The notes under the pieces were generated by a model. The model searched no databases. It was not told the DNA's origin and worked only from the letters and a program-made list of their open reading frames with translations. Source: Phascolarctobacterium sp. (GTDB lineage: Bacteria > Bacillota > Negativicutes > Acidaminococcales > Acidaminococcaceae). From it: DNA of 64,000 nt. This document shows positions 47,716 through 56,234 of this stretch, piece after piece (the first letter of the stretch is position 1; every line of letters begins with the position of its first letter). Location of the stretch: contig NZ_JBGVLF010000041.1 of the NCBI RefSeq assembly GCF_045124115.1, forward strand, positions 5,137 through 69,136. Direction: 5' to 3'. The position numbers were made by a program, and so were the translations under genes.

Positions 47716-48823
47716 TGGATTGGGTGATGACCCTATTTCTCAATGGTGTGGACGGACACCGTTTGAGAAGGCAGAGCATCCTGTAATGGATGAGATTGCT
47801 GCTAAAGGGAGCTTTGCTCAATTCAGCATTTGTGAACAGGATATTGTCCCTGAAAGCTGTAGCTGTATTCTCCGGCTTTTAGGTGTAGATAAAAAGGATA
47901 TGCCTACAAATCGGGCGTACCTTGAGCTTTTAGCCCATAATAGAGATATTTCCGAGTACGAGATGGTGCTGCGCTGTAATCTGGCTGTAGTGGACGATGC
48001 AGGCAGATTGGCGGCCTTTAACGGCGCTGGGCTTGACCAAGCCCAAATGCGCAGGGCGGCGCAGCTTTGTGATGATGTGCTCAAGGATATTGAGTTCATC
48101 CATTTATCCGAGTACCGTAATCTACTGATTATGAATAGGGAACAGAAGGTGCTTGACTGCAATGTACGTCCTCCTCATGAGAGTGTGGGGGAGGATGTAG
48201 CAGAGCTGTTGGCGCCTTTGCGGAAGCAGTCCTTGGCTATAGACTATTTTCTGAAAGAAACTACTAAACGCTTAGAGCCTTTTGCTAAAAAAGGCTTGCA
48301 TTACATTCTTTATCCATGGGGTGCCAGTGCTAGGCAGACGATGCCAAGCTTTGCTCAATTGCATGGCTTTTACGGTGGAGCTGTGTGCAAGGCAGAGATT
48401 GTAGCAGGCATTGCCCGCGCACTGGGATTGGAAACCATTGTGCCATTTACGGCAACCGGAGATGTGGACACGGATTTGGCTGCCAAAGCGCAGGCTGCTA
48501 TAGAGCTGCTGCAGCGGAACAAATTCGTCCTCGCCCATTTTAATGGTTCCGATGAAGCTTCCCACCGCTATGACTATCAAGGCAAGGCAGATTTTATTGC
48601 CCGCATTGACAGGGAGTTCCTGCAGGTGGTGGCTGATAAGATTTCTGAGCCTACGAAGGTGGTTATTTGTGGTGATCACGTAACCAGTAGCGTAACAGGC
48701 AGGCATGACGCAGGCTGTACGCCGGTGGTGGCAGGTTATCTGCCTTTAGGCACAGCAGGCAAAGCGATTAGCCTTTACAGCTATGGTGATATTCTGGACT
48801 TTTTGATGAAAGAGAGTGATTGA
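47690..48823 (+). CDS. ApgM-like cofactor-independent phosphoglycerate-mutase / metalloenzyme superfamily protein embedded in the B12 operon
   Basis: LLVLIDGLGDDP...GRTPFEKAEHPVMDEIA N-terminus and ICGDHVTSSVTGRHD C-terminus resemble archaeal-type iPGM. Overlaps cobD by 26 nt and cobQ by 8 nt. Confidence 0.65.
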   Translation: MRALLVLIDGLGDDPISQWCGRTPFEKAEHPVMDEIAAKGSFAQFSICEQDIVPESCSCILRLLGVDKKDMPTNRAYLELLAHNRDISEYEMVLRCNLAVVDDAGRLAAFNGAGLDQAQMRRAAQLCDDVLKDIEFIHLSEYRNLLIMNREQKVLDCNVRPPHESVGEDVAELLAPLRKQSLAIDYFLKETTKRLEPFAKKGLHYILYPWGASARQTMPSFAQLHGFYGGAVCKAEIVAGIARALGLETIVPFTATGDVDTDLAAKAQAAIELLQRNKFVLAHFNGSDEASHRYDYQGKADFIARIDREFLQVVADKISEPTKVVICGDHVTSSVTGRHDAGCTPVVAGYLPLGTAGKAISLYSYGDILDFLMKESD

Positions 48824-50345
48824 TGTGGCAAAAGCATTAATGATCGTTGGTACCACGTCCAATGCAGGCAAGAGTCTGGTAACTGCAGGGTTATGCCGTG
48901 TGTTTAATCAAGATGGGTACAAGGTTGCTCCCTTTAAATCCCAAAATATGGCACTAAACTCCTTTATTACTAAGGAAGGTGCGGAAATGGGACGCGCCCA
49001 AGTGGTGCAGGCGGAAGCTGCCAATATTGAGCCTAGCGTGCTTATGAACCCTATTTTGTTAAAACCTACGGGTGACAGCGGTTCCCAAGTTATTGTAAAC
49101 GGTGAGGCGATAGGCACGTATACCGCTGCAGAATATTATGCTATGAAGCATAACCTGCGGGGTGAAGTGCAAAAGGCTTTTGATACTTTGGCGGACCAAT
49201 ATGATGTTGTATGCATTGAAGGTGCAGGCAGTCCTGCGGAAATCAACATCAATCAGGACGATTTCGTCAATATGGGTATGGCAAAAATGGCTAAAGCTCC
49301 GGCACTACTAGTGGCGGATATAGATCGTGGTGGTGTTTTTGCCTCTATCTACGGTACAATTATGCTGTTAGGTGAGGAAGAACGTGCGATGATCAAGGGC
49401 GTGGTCATCAATAAATTTCGCGGAGATGTAGAAATCCTGCGTCCCGGGTTGAAGATGATCGAGGATAAGACGGGCGTACCCATTGTGGGCGTGCTGCCTA
49501 TGCTTAATGTGGATATTGAAGACGAGGACAGCCTGTCCGAACGCATTAGCGGTAAAGCACAGGTTGATTTAGTGGATATTGCGGTGGTACGCATTCCCCG
49601 CATGTCCAACTACACGGATTTCAATGTTTTTGAGCTTATTCCCGGTGTTTCTTTGCGCTACGTGCAAAAAGTACGTGAGCTTGGTAATCCGGATATGATT
49701 ATTATTCCCGGTACTAAAAACACCATTGGAGATTTGCTGTGGTTGCGCCAAAGCGGTATGGAAGCAGCTATTTTAAAACGCGCCAATAATGGGACGGTTA
49801 TTTGGGGCGTTTGCGGTGGCTACCAGATGCTGGGCAAGAAGATTTCTGACCCCTTTGGGGTGGAGGAAGGCGGCGATTTTGCCGGACTTGGACTTTTGGA
49901 CGTGGAAACTTCTTTTATCGAGCACAAGCGGACTATCCAAATGGAAGGTAGTTTTGGCAAAGTACAGGGCGTTTTCTCCGCCTTGAGCGGCGTACCCCTT
50001 GTGGGCTACGAAATTCATTCCGGAGTTACTACTTATGCGGAAGAAACGGCGTTGACCGCTATTAAGCCCATTCATGAGCAGGGCGAAGTTTTTGCCGAAG
50101 GCAGCCAAAATGTTGCCGATAAGCTAAATGTTTATGGTACGTATGTACACGGTGTTTTTGACGGTGATGGTATTGCTGTGAAGATTGTGGAGGCGCTTTT
50201 GGCGAAGAAGGGTCTACGGATGGACGACGTAGAAACGATAAATTTTGCTGATTACAAGCGTCAACAGTATGATATCCTGGCAGACAGTATCCGCAAAAAT
50301 TTGGATATGAAGAAGATTTATGAAATTTTGGAGGCTGGTATCTGA
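48816..50345 (+). CDS. cobQ: Cobyric acid synthase
   Basis: GTTSNAGKS P-loop and GATase CGGYQMLG. Confidence 0.9.
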   Translation: MIDVAKALMIVGTTSNAGKSLVTAGLCRVFNQDGYKVAPFKSQNMALNSFITKEGAEMGRAQVVQAEAANIEPSVLMNPILLKPTGDSGSQVIVNGEAIGTYTAAEYYAMKHNLRGEVQKAFDTLADQYDVVCIEGAGSPAEININQDDFVNMGMAKMAKAPALLVADIDRGGVFASIYGTIMLLGEEERAMIKGVVINKFRGDVEILRPGLKMIEDKTGVPIVGVLPMLNVDIEDEDSLSERISGKAQVDLVDIAVVRIPRMSNYTDFNVFELIPGVSLRYVQKVRELGNPDMIIIPGTKNTIGDLLWLRQSGMEAAILKRANNGTVIWGVCGGYQMLGKKISDPFGVEEGGDFAGLGLLDVETSFIEHKRTIQMEGSFGKVQGVFSALSGVPLVGYEIHSGVTTYAEETALTAIKPIHEQGEVFAEGSQNVADKLNVYGTYVHGVFDGDGIAVKIVEALLAKKGLRMDDVETINFADYKRQQYDILADSIRKNLDMKKIYEILEAGI

Positions 50346-50875
50346 TGCAGAATGGTGGCCTAATCCATCTTTACTGTGGCGACGGCAAGGGCAAGACCAC
50401 TGCCGCTATTGGTTTGGCAGTGCGCTGCGCCGGTCATGGTAACCATGTACTATTGGTACAGTTTCTCAAAAGCCGCCCTACGGGTGAGCTTAAAAGTTTA
50501 GCATTAATCCCCGGTATTGAAGTTATGCGGGGGAAGGAAACTAAAAAATTCACCTTCCAAATGAATGAGGAAGAGAAGGCTAAGGTGAAAGGTGAGCACC
50601 AAATCCTTTTCGAGAAGGTTAAACAAAAATGCATGGACGAGCATCTTGACCTGCTTATTCTGGACGAAGTTATCGGCGCCTGCAATACTGGTGTTTTCGA
50701 TGTGGATGCTTTGGTAGCTTTCCTCAAGCAGAAGCCTGCAGAGCTGGAGGTAGTGCTGACAGGACGTAATCCTGCACCACAGCTGGTGGAGCTTGCGGAT
50801 TATGTTTCTGAAGTTTGTAAACGTAAACATCCTTATGAAAAGGGCATCCCTGCACGGACGGGTGTAGAGAGATAA
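50345..50875 (+). CDS. cobO: Cob(I)yrinic acid a,c-diamide adenosyltransferase
   Basis: GDGKGKTTAAIGLA, about 176 aa. Confidence 0.88.
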   Translation: MQNGGLIHLYCGDGKGKTTAAIGLAVRCAGHGNHVLLVQFLKSRPTGELKSLALIPGIEVMRGKETKKFTFQMNEEEKAKVKGEHQILFEKVKQKCMDEHLDLLILDEVIGACNTGVFDVDALVAFLKQKPAELEVVLTGRNPAPQLVELADYVSEVCKRKHPYEKGIPARTGVER

Positions 50876-50915
50876 AAACCCTTTGGTGAGAGTGAAGAAA
50901 GGATAGGTAAAGGTT

Positions 50916-51545
50916 ATGCAACTACAAAATGTTTTGCCTGCGGATATTGAGAAACGCAGTATGGAAATTATTGGCGAAGAGCTGGGACAAATTAAGATTG
51001 ATGAGGAAAAGCTGGATATTGTTAAGCGCGTTATCCACACTTCCGCAGATTTTGATTATGCTCGCACTTTGCTTTTTAGTGATGGTGTAGTGGAGAAGGC
51101 TTTGGCAGCTTTGCAAAAAGGTGCTACGATTATCACAGATACCAATATGGCCTGTACCGGTATTAACAAGATGGGTTTAGCTAAGCTGGGCGCTAAGGCA
51201 GTGTGCTTTATGGCGGATGCCGATGTGGCAGCCCGCGCCAAGGAAGCAGGCTCTACCCGTGCTGCGGCCTGCATGGAAAAGGCTTGCACTGTTGAAGGAC
51301 CGGTGATTATTGCTGTTGGCAATGCGCCTACAGCGTTGGTACGTCTTGATGAACTGGTAAAGGAAGGCAAGATTAAGCCTGAACTTGTTATCGGCGTGCC
51401 TGTTGGCTTTGTTAATGTAGTGGAGTCTAAGGAAATCATTATGAAGACCGGGATTCCCTATATTGTGGCTCGTGGACGCAAGGGTGGCAGCAATGTTGCT
51501 GCGGCTATCTGCAACGCTTTAATTTACAAGCTGACAAGAAAATAG
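50916..51545 (+). CDS. cbiC: Cobalt-precorrin-8 methylmutase
   Basis: VIHTSADFDY and GNAPTAL motifs. Confidence 0.9.
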   Translation: MQLQNVLPADIEKRSMEIIGEELGQIKIDEEKLDIVKRVIHTSADFDYARTLLFSDGVVEKALAALQKGATIITDTNMACTGINKMGLAKLGAKAVCFMADADVAARAKEAGSTRAAACMEKACTVEGPVIIAVGNAPTALVRLDELVKEGKIKPELVIGVPVGFVNVVESKEIIMKTGIPYIVARGRKGGSNVAAAICNALIYKLTRK

Positions 51546-51560
51546 AATATTTCTGACAAA

Positions 51561-51609
51561 TCTCTCGGCTCTCCTTGGGGAGAGCTGGCGCGAAGCGCCT
51601 GAGAGGGGA
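51561..51609 (+). repeat. Third copy of the double-hairpin intergenic repeat
   Basis: TCTCTCGGCTCTCCTTGGGGAGAGCTGGCGCGAAGCGCCTGAGAGGGGA, with GCGAAGC at 51590-51596. Confidence 0.7.
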
Positions 51610-51624
51610 ACTTTTTAGAAAAAG

Positions 51625-51732
51625 AAGAGACCTATGTAGATTTTACACATCTGCATAGGTCTTTTTTAATGGGCGAAAACGTTTCTGGAATAGAAAAGTG
51701 TGAAAGGTTGCAAAAATCTATTCTAGAAAATG
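51625..51732 (+). repeat. 108-bp direct repeat, left copy (terminator plus 46-bp palindromic box)
   Basis: 102/108 identical to 53135-53242 by manual alignment. Contains terminator GACCTATGTAGAT-TTTACAC-ATCTGCATAGGTC+T6 (51627-51667). Contains box TTCTGGAATAGA-N22-TCTATTCTAGAA (51683-51728). Confidence 0.9.
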
Positions 51733-51766
51733 GCGGTTGGATTGATTTTGCAGCACGAAAGTGGTA

Positions 51767-51812
51767 TTCTAGAATAGAAAAGTGTAAAAAGTTGCAAAAA
51801 TCTATTCTAGAG
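51767..51812 (+). repeat. Extra copy of the 46-bp palindromic box, 11 nt before the ATPase start
   Basis: TTCTAGAATAGA-N22-TCTATTCTAGAG. Confidence 0.85.
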
Positions 51813-51822
51813 AGGTGCTAGC

Positions 51823-53121
51823 ATGGAAATAAAAAGAGATTTTTACTTAGAGCAATTAATTAAGCGCAAGGGCAATGGTCTGATCAAAATAATCACAGGT
51901 ATTCGTCGTTGTGGTAAATCATATTTGTTAAATACTTTGTTCTACAACCATCTTTTGGAGCAAGGCGTAACTGCTGACCACATTCTCCGTTTTGCTTTCG
52001 ATTCTGCTGATGATCTGCATCTTATAGGCGAAAGCTTAATCAGTATGCAAAAAGAAAAAAGAGGTGTTGATCCGGAAAAATTTGTTGAATATATTCAGTC
52101 ACAAGTAAAGGATGATGATACTTACTATCTGCTTTTGGACGAGATTCAGATGTTAGACTGTTTTGAAGCTGTTTTAAACGGCTATTTACGGATAAGCAAT
52201 CTAGACGTTTTCGTTACCGGTAGTAATGCTAAGCTGTTATCTAAGGATGTGGCTACGGAGTTTGCCGGCCGTGGTGATGAAATCCGTATGTATCCTTTAA
52301 GTTTTGCAGAGTTTATGTCCGTTTATCAAGGCGACAAGTATATGGGGTTGTCTGAGTATATGCTTTATGGTGGTATTCCCCTTGTAGTGTTGCGGGAAGA
52401 TGCTAAGGATAAAATTGCTTTGCTGCAGAATCTTTTTAGTGAAATATATATTAGAGATATCAAAATACGCAATAAGGTTAAAAACATTGGTGAATTAGAA
52501 GATCTGTTAAATATGCTGTCTTCTGCTATCGGTTCTTTGACTAATTTCGAGAAGCTGCGCAATACTTTTAGAAGCATAAAGAAGTCTAAGATTACGGCTG
52601 CGACTATTAAGAAGTATTTGGATTATCTGGAAGACTCTTTTTTGGTGGAGGCTGCTGTACGATATGATATCAAGGGCAAGGCATATATTGAAACTCCGAA
52701 GAAGTTTTATTTCTCTGATCTTGGCTTGCGTAATGCGAGAATTAATTTTAGGCAGTTTGAACAGACTCATTCCATGGAGAATGTGATTTATAATGAGCTG
52801 CGTATGCGTGGCTATAGTGTGGATGTGGGCATTGTGCCGGTGGCGGAGAAGGATGCGGATGGCAATGTAAAGCGCAAACAGTTGGAGGTTGATTTCGTGT
52901 GCAATTTGGGCTCGACTAGGTGTTATATCCAATCTGCCTATGCACTTCCGGATGAGGCCAAGCGGATGCAGGAGATACGTCCATTTAGACGAATAGATGA
53001 TTCTTTTAAGAAGGTTGTAGTTACGAAGGATTTAGTGGTTCCTTTTTATGATGATTACGGCATTCTTACTGTGAGCATTTATGATTTTTTACTTAAGCCC
53101 GATTTACTAGAGGCAATTTAA
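51823..53121 (+). CDS. AAA+ ATPase with DUF4143-type C-terminal domain
   Basis: Walker A GIRRCGKSYLL and Walker B LLLDEIQ. C-terminal half is typical of the AAA_14/DUF4143 family, by eye. Confidence 0.78.
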   Translation: MEIKRDFYLEQLIKRKGNGLIKIITGIRRCGKSYLLNTLFYNHLLEQGVTADHILRFAFDSADDLHLIGESLISMQKEKRGVDPEKFVEYIQSQVKDDDTYYLLLDEIQMLDCFEAVLNGYLRISNLDVFVTGSNAKLLSKDVATEFAGRGDEIRMYPLSFAEFMSVYQGDKYMGLSEYMLYGGIPLVVLREDAKDKIALLQNLFSEIYIRDIKIRNKVKNIGELEDLLNMLSSAIGSLTNFEKLRNTFRSIKKSKITAATIKKYLDYLEDSFLVEAAVRYDIKGKAYIETPKKFYFSDLGLRNARINFRQFEQTHSMENVIYNELRMRGYSVDVGIVPVAEKDADGNVKRKQLEVDFVCNLGSTRCYIQSAYALPDEAKRMQEIRPFRRIDDSFKKVVVTKDLVVPFYDDYGILTVSIYDFLLKPDLLEAI

Positions 53122-53134
53122 TATTGTGGTGATC

Positions 53135-53242
53135 AAGAGACCTATGTAGATTTTACACATCTGCATAGGTCTTTTTTTATGGATAAAAACGTTTCTAGAA
53201 TAGAAAAGTGTGAAGGGTTGCAAAAATCTATTCTAGAAAATG
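53135..53242 (+). repeat. 108-bp direct repeat, right copy
   Basis: See 51625-51732. Terminator at 53137-53178 and box at 53193-53238. Confidence 0.9.
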
Positions 53243-53335
53243 TTGTTGGCGTTCCACATTGCCCCTAAAACTGCGGAAGCAGTCGGTACTGGGGATACAA
53301 GTGCAGTAACCACCGCACATTTCAGCCTAAATGTC

Positions 53336-53364
53336 TTGTATGGGGGGGGCAAAGGTGTTATAAT
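53336..53364 (+). promoter_or_regulatory. Candidate promoter of the polysaccharide locus with a G8 tract in the spacer
   Basis: TTGTAT (weak -35), 17-nt spacer starting with G8 (53342-53349), then TGTTATAAT extended -10 (53356-53364). Confidence 0.5.
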
Positions 53365-53452
53365 GATATGACGAATACAATGCGTGGCAAAGATGCGTGT
53401 TAGAAAAAGACAGTCTATTTTTATAAATGATGAAGCGGAGTGAAGGTTTGGC

Positions 53453-54079
53453 ATGAGCAATTTTTGCGGCAAGCTAGCGAAGACGGTGTTTGATTACAGT
53501 TTAACGGCAGTAGGTACGGTGTGTATCAGTCCGCTGTTAGTTTATATTGCCTATAGAATAAAAAAAGAGGATCCGGGTCCGGTGTTTTTTGCTCATGAGC
53601 GTATTGGCAAGGATGGCAAGCCTTTTCCTTGCTATAAGTTCCGGAGCATGGTTGTAAATTCCCAGGAGATGCTAGAAAAATATTTGGCAGAAAATTCCGA
53701 CGCCCGTGCGGAGTGGGAACGTGATTTCAAGTTGAAGGATGATCCGCGGATTACGCCTATTGGCAAGGTGTTGCGCAGGACAAGTTTGGATGAGCTGCCG
53801 CAGATTTTTAATGTGCTGCGGGGCGAGATGAGCCTTGTAGGTCCGCGTCCTGTGATTCAGGAGGAGTTGGACAAGTATTATGGCGAGACTGCGAAGCTGT
53901 ACGCCAGTGTGAAGCCTGGGATTACGGGTTTGTGGCAGGTGAGCGGACGCAGCGATTTGGGGTATGACCAGCGTGTGGCGCTGGATGCGGAGTATATCAA
54001 GCACAGAAGCTTTTGGGGCGATGTGGTGATTTTGTGGAAGACTATTGGCGTGGTGCTGATGAAGAAAGGTGCGTATTAA
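53453..54079 (+). CDS. Initiating undecaprenyl-phosphate sugar phosphotransferase (small PGT, bacterial sugar transferase family)
   Basis: SLDELPQIFNVLRGEMSLVGPRP and KPGITGLWQVSGRS. Confidence 0.9.
   Translation: MSNFCGKLAKTVFDYSLTAVGTVCISPLLVYIAYRIKKEDPGPVFFAHERIGKDGKPFPCYKFRSMVVNSQEMLEKYLAENSDARAEWERDFKLKDDPRITPIGKVLRRTSLDELPQIFNVLRGEMSLVGPRPVIQEELDKYYGETAKLYASVKPGITGLWQVSGRSDLGYDQRVALDAEYIKHRSFWGDVVILWKTIGVVLMKKGAY
54055..54077 (+). repeat. 23-bp direct repeat, left copy (3' end of the sugar transferase gene)
   Basis: GCTGATGAAGAAAGGTGCGTATT is identical to 56184-56206. Confidence 0.9.
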
Positions 54080-54180
54080 ATATATGCACAATGAACTTGT
54101 AGAGTTTTTCAACTTTTAAAAAGATCTTTGGAGTCGTGTAATGACTTTGTTTCTAGCAGAAAGGTGGAAATGATGCCTGT

Positions 54181-56151
54181 ATGTGTTCTTGTTCTAATAG
54201 TGAAATCATAGACATTCTAGACAGATATTTTGATATTAATGACACTGACTATGCTGTACTGATAGATGGTAAATGGGGTACCGGTAAAACATATTTTGCT
54301 AAAAACACACTGCGAGCACACATTTATTCTAAGTATATAACTGACACAAAGAGGTTTAAGGAAGTAATTTATATATCTTTATTCTCTTGTGAATCCGTAG
54401 ATAAACTGTATGACAATATTATTGGTCAAACATTTTTAGGAAATCTAGAAAATAAAAGCAGAGATGTTTATCAAACTGAAACAGAAAAACCGCTTGAGAA
54501 AAGAGGCTTTTGTAATGTAAACGGGATTTCTTCCATTGTTAAAGCAATGGGTGCTGTAACTGATTTACTTGGTGAAAATAAAAAAGAGTTAATTAGGAAC
54601 GTCGCTAAGGATACGATTATTAATTACGAAAATTACGTTTATGTTTTGGACGATTTAGAGCGTTCAAAAATCCCTCTTGAAGAAATTTTGGGATTTATAG
54701 ATTTTCTTGCAGATCAGAATCATGCGAAGGTTATAGTTTTAGCTAATGAAAGTGAATTAAAGAGTAAAAATCATCAAGAAGAAGTAAAAGAGAAACCTGC
54801 TGATAAGATAGATACTTCCCCAAAGGGAAGGGATGAAAGATTGGTTGATGATGCTTGCTCTGATATTGTAGACGATGTTGCTAATGTTGAATACTATAAA
54901 TTTAAAGAAAAGGTTATAGGGGTTACAGTAACTTTTGAAAATGATTTTGCTACTCTTTATGACATATTCATCAATGGCAAAGACGAAGAAGTGAAAGAAG
55001 TATTGGCAAGTAATAAGGACTGTATTCTTGATGTATTCCGGATGTGCCAATGTAGTAATTTACGAACATTGTCTTTTACGTTGAATACTTTCTGTCATAT
55101 ATATCACGATATAAAGGATTCTTTTAGTCGCTTAGTTGGTTCAAGAGAAGTTAGTTTTAAGTCCGTTATATGTGTAATACTTGTCGATTTGGCTTTTAAT
55201 TCCATATTAGTCAAAGATAAGAGAAAGAAACCCAATTTTAAGGATGATAGCATAAAAATGGAATTTCCTATAGGTGCGTATTACAGAACCATAGGAATAA
55301 AAGCATATAACCCTTTTGAAGGTAGAACTATGTATAAATTTGTAGATAACTATATACGTAGTTTTAAACTTAATAAAAATGATCTTGATCAAGCTGTGGA
55401 AGACTTCATTGTGCAATGTGAATTAAAAGCTCAGTGGGTGTTTGATACTATTGAACAAGCTCATTTTTCTGATGAAGAAACCTGCAAAGAATTATTAGAT
55501 GCTGTTGTACAGAAATTAGAAAAAGATGAAATCAACATCAAGCTTTACGCCAAAATTGTTACTAATATTTTTACTTTAGCTGCAATATTGGAAAATGATG
55601 ATTTAGTTACACGTACCAAAGCTGCAATGAAGCACAATATCTTACGTCATTTTTCTGAATACAGAGATGGTGATTGGCATGTTTTTAGTGAGAATGGTAA
55701 AGACGCAGTGGTTTTCATCGAAGAACTGGAAGAATATATAAGAGTGCTGGTGGTTAATTCAAAAAAGGAAGAGTATAGATTAATCTACCAAAAGACTGAT
55801 GTAGAGTTGGTCGATTATTTGCGAAAGCGTGCAAGTGATGCTCAATATGGCATACACGATTATATCAAAGTACTTTGCTCGCTGCCCCTAAAACAGTTTG
55901 TCGCTAGAATAAGGAAGATGTCTATACGAGACTTGTTTGAGTTATCAAGTACTGTGAGTTCTTTTGCGTATTACTTTAATACGCTTAATGATTACACTGA
56001 TGATGATTATGAGTACTTAGTAGTTCTTAAGGCTGAAATAGATAAAATAGAGCAGGATAGGGATGAGGATAAAATGCGTAGGTTCCACTGTGAACTATTT
56101 AGCAAAAATCTTGAAGAACTGCTTCAAAAAATGGCTAAAGCGACCAATTAA
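54181..56151 (+). CDS. KAP-family-like P-loop NTPase (soluble form)
   Basis: Walker A DGKWGTGKTYF and Walker B-like VYVLDDLERS. Long alpha-helical C-terminal region with no obvious TM insert. Visibly AT-rich. Confidence 0.65.
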   Translation: MCSCSNSEIIDILDRYFDINDTDYAVLIDGKWGTGKTYFAKNTLRAHIYSKYITDTKRFKEVIYISLFSCESVDKLYDNIIGQTFLGNLENKSRDVYQTETEKPLEKRGFCNVNGISSIVKAMGAVTDLLGENKKELIRNVAKDTIINYENYVYVLDDLERSKIPLEEILGFIDFLADQNHAKVIVLANESELKSKNHQEEVKEKPADKIDTSPKGRDERLVDDACSDIVDDVANVEYYKFKEKVIGVTVTFENDFATLYDIFINGKDEEVKEVLASNKDCILDVFRMCQCSNLRTLSFTLNTFCHIYHDIKDSFSRLVGSREVSFKSVICVILVDLAFNSILVKDKRKKPNFKDDSIKMEFPIGAYYRTIGIKAYNPFEGRTMYKFVDNYIRSFKLNKNDLDQAVEDFIVQCELKAQWVFDTIEQAHFSDEETCKELLDAVVQKLEKDEINIKLYAKIVTNIFTLAAILENDDLVTRTKAAMKHNILRHFSEYRDGDWHVFSENGKDAVVFIEELEEYIRVLVVNSKKEEYRLIYQKTDVELVDYLRKRASDAQYGIHDYIKVLCSLPLKQFVARIRKMSIRDLFELSSTVSSFAYYFNTLNDYTDDDYEYLVVLKAEIDKIEQDRDEDKMRRFHCELFSKNLEELLQKMAKATN

Positions 56152-56183
56152 AATAAAATGAGAAACTGTTATTGTTTTTTGAA

Positions 56184-56206
56184 GCTGATGAAGAAAGGTG
56201 CGTATT
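56184..56206 (+). repeat. 23-bp direct repeat, right copy
   Basis: Identical to 54055-54077. Reads LMKKGAY then a stop (TGA here, TAA in the left copy). Confidence 0.9.
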
Positions 56207-56234
56207 GAAAAGATTTTTAAGGAGAATATAGATT

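Noticed and set aside
51683-53238. The 46-bp palindromic boxes as integron attC sites or IS terminal inverted repeats.
   Set aside because: No integrase or transposase is in the window. There is no GTTRRRY-type core, and the arms are perfect palindromes within each unit rather than element-terminal repeats.
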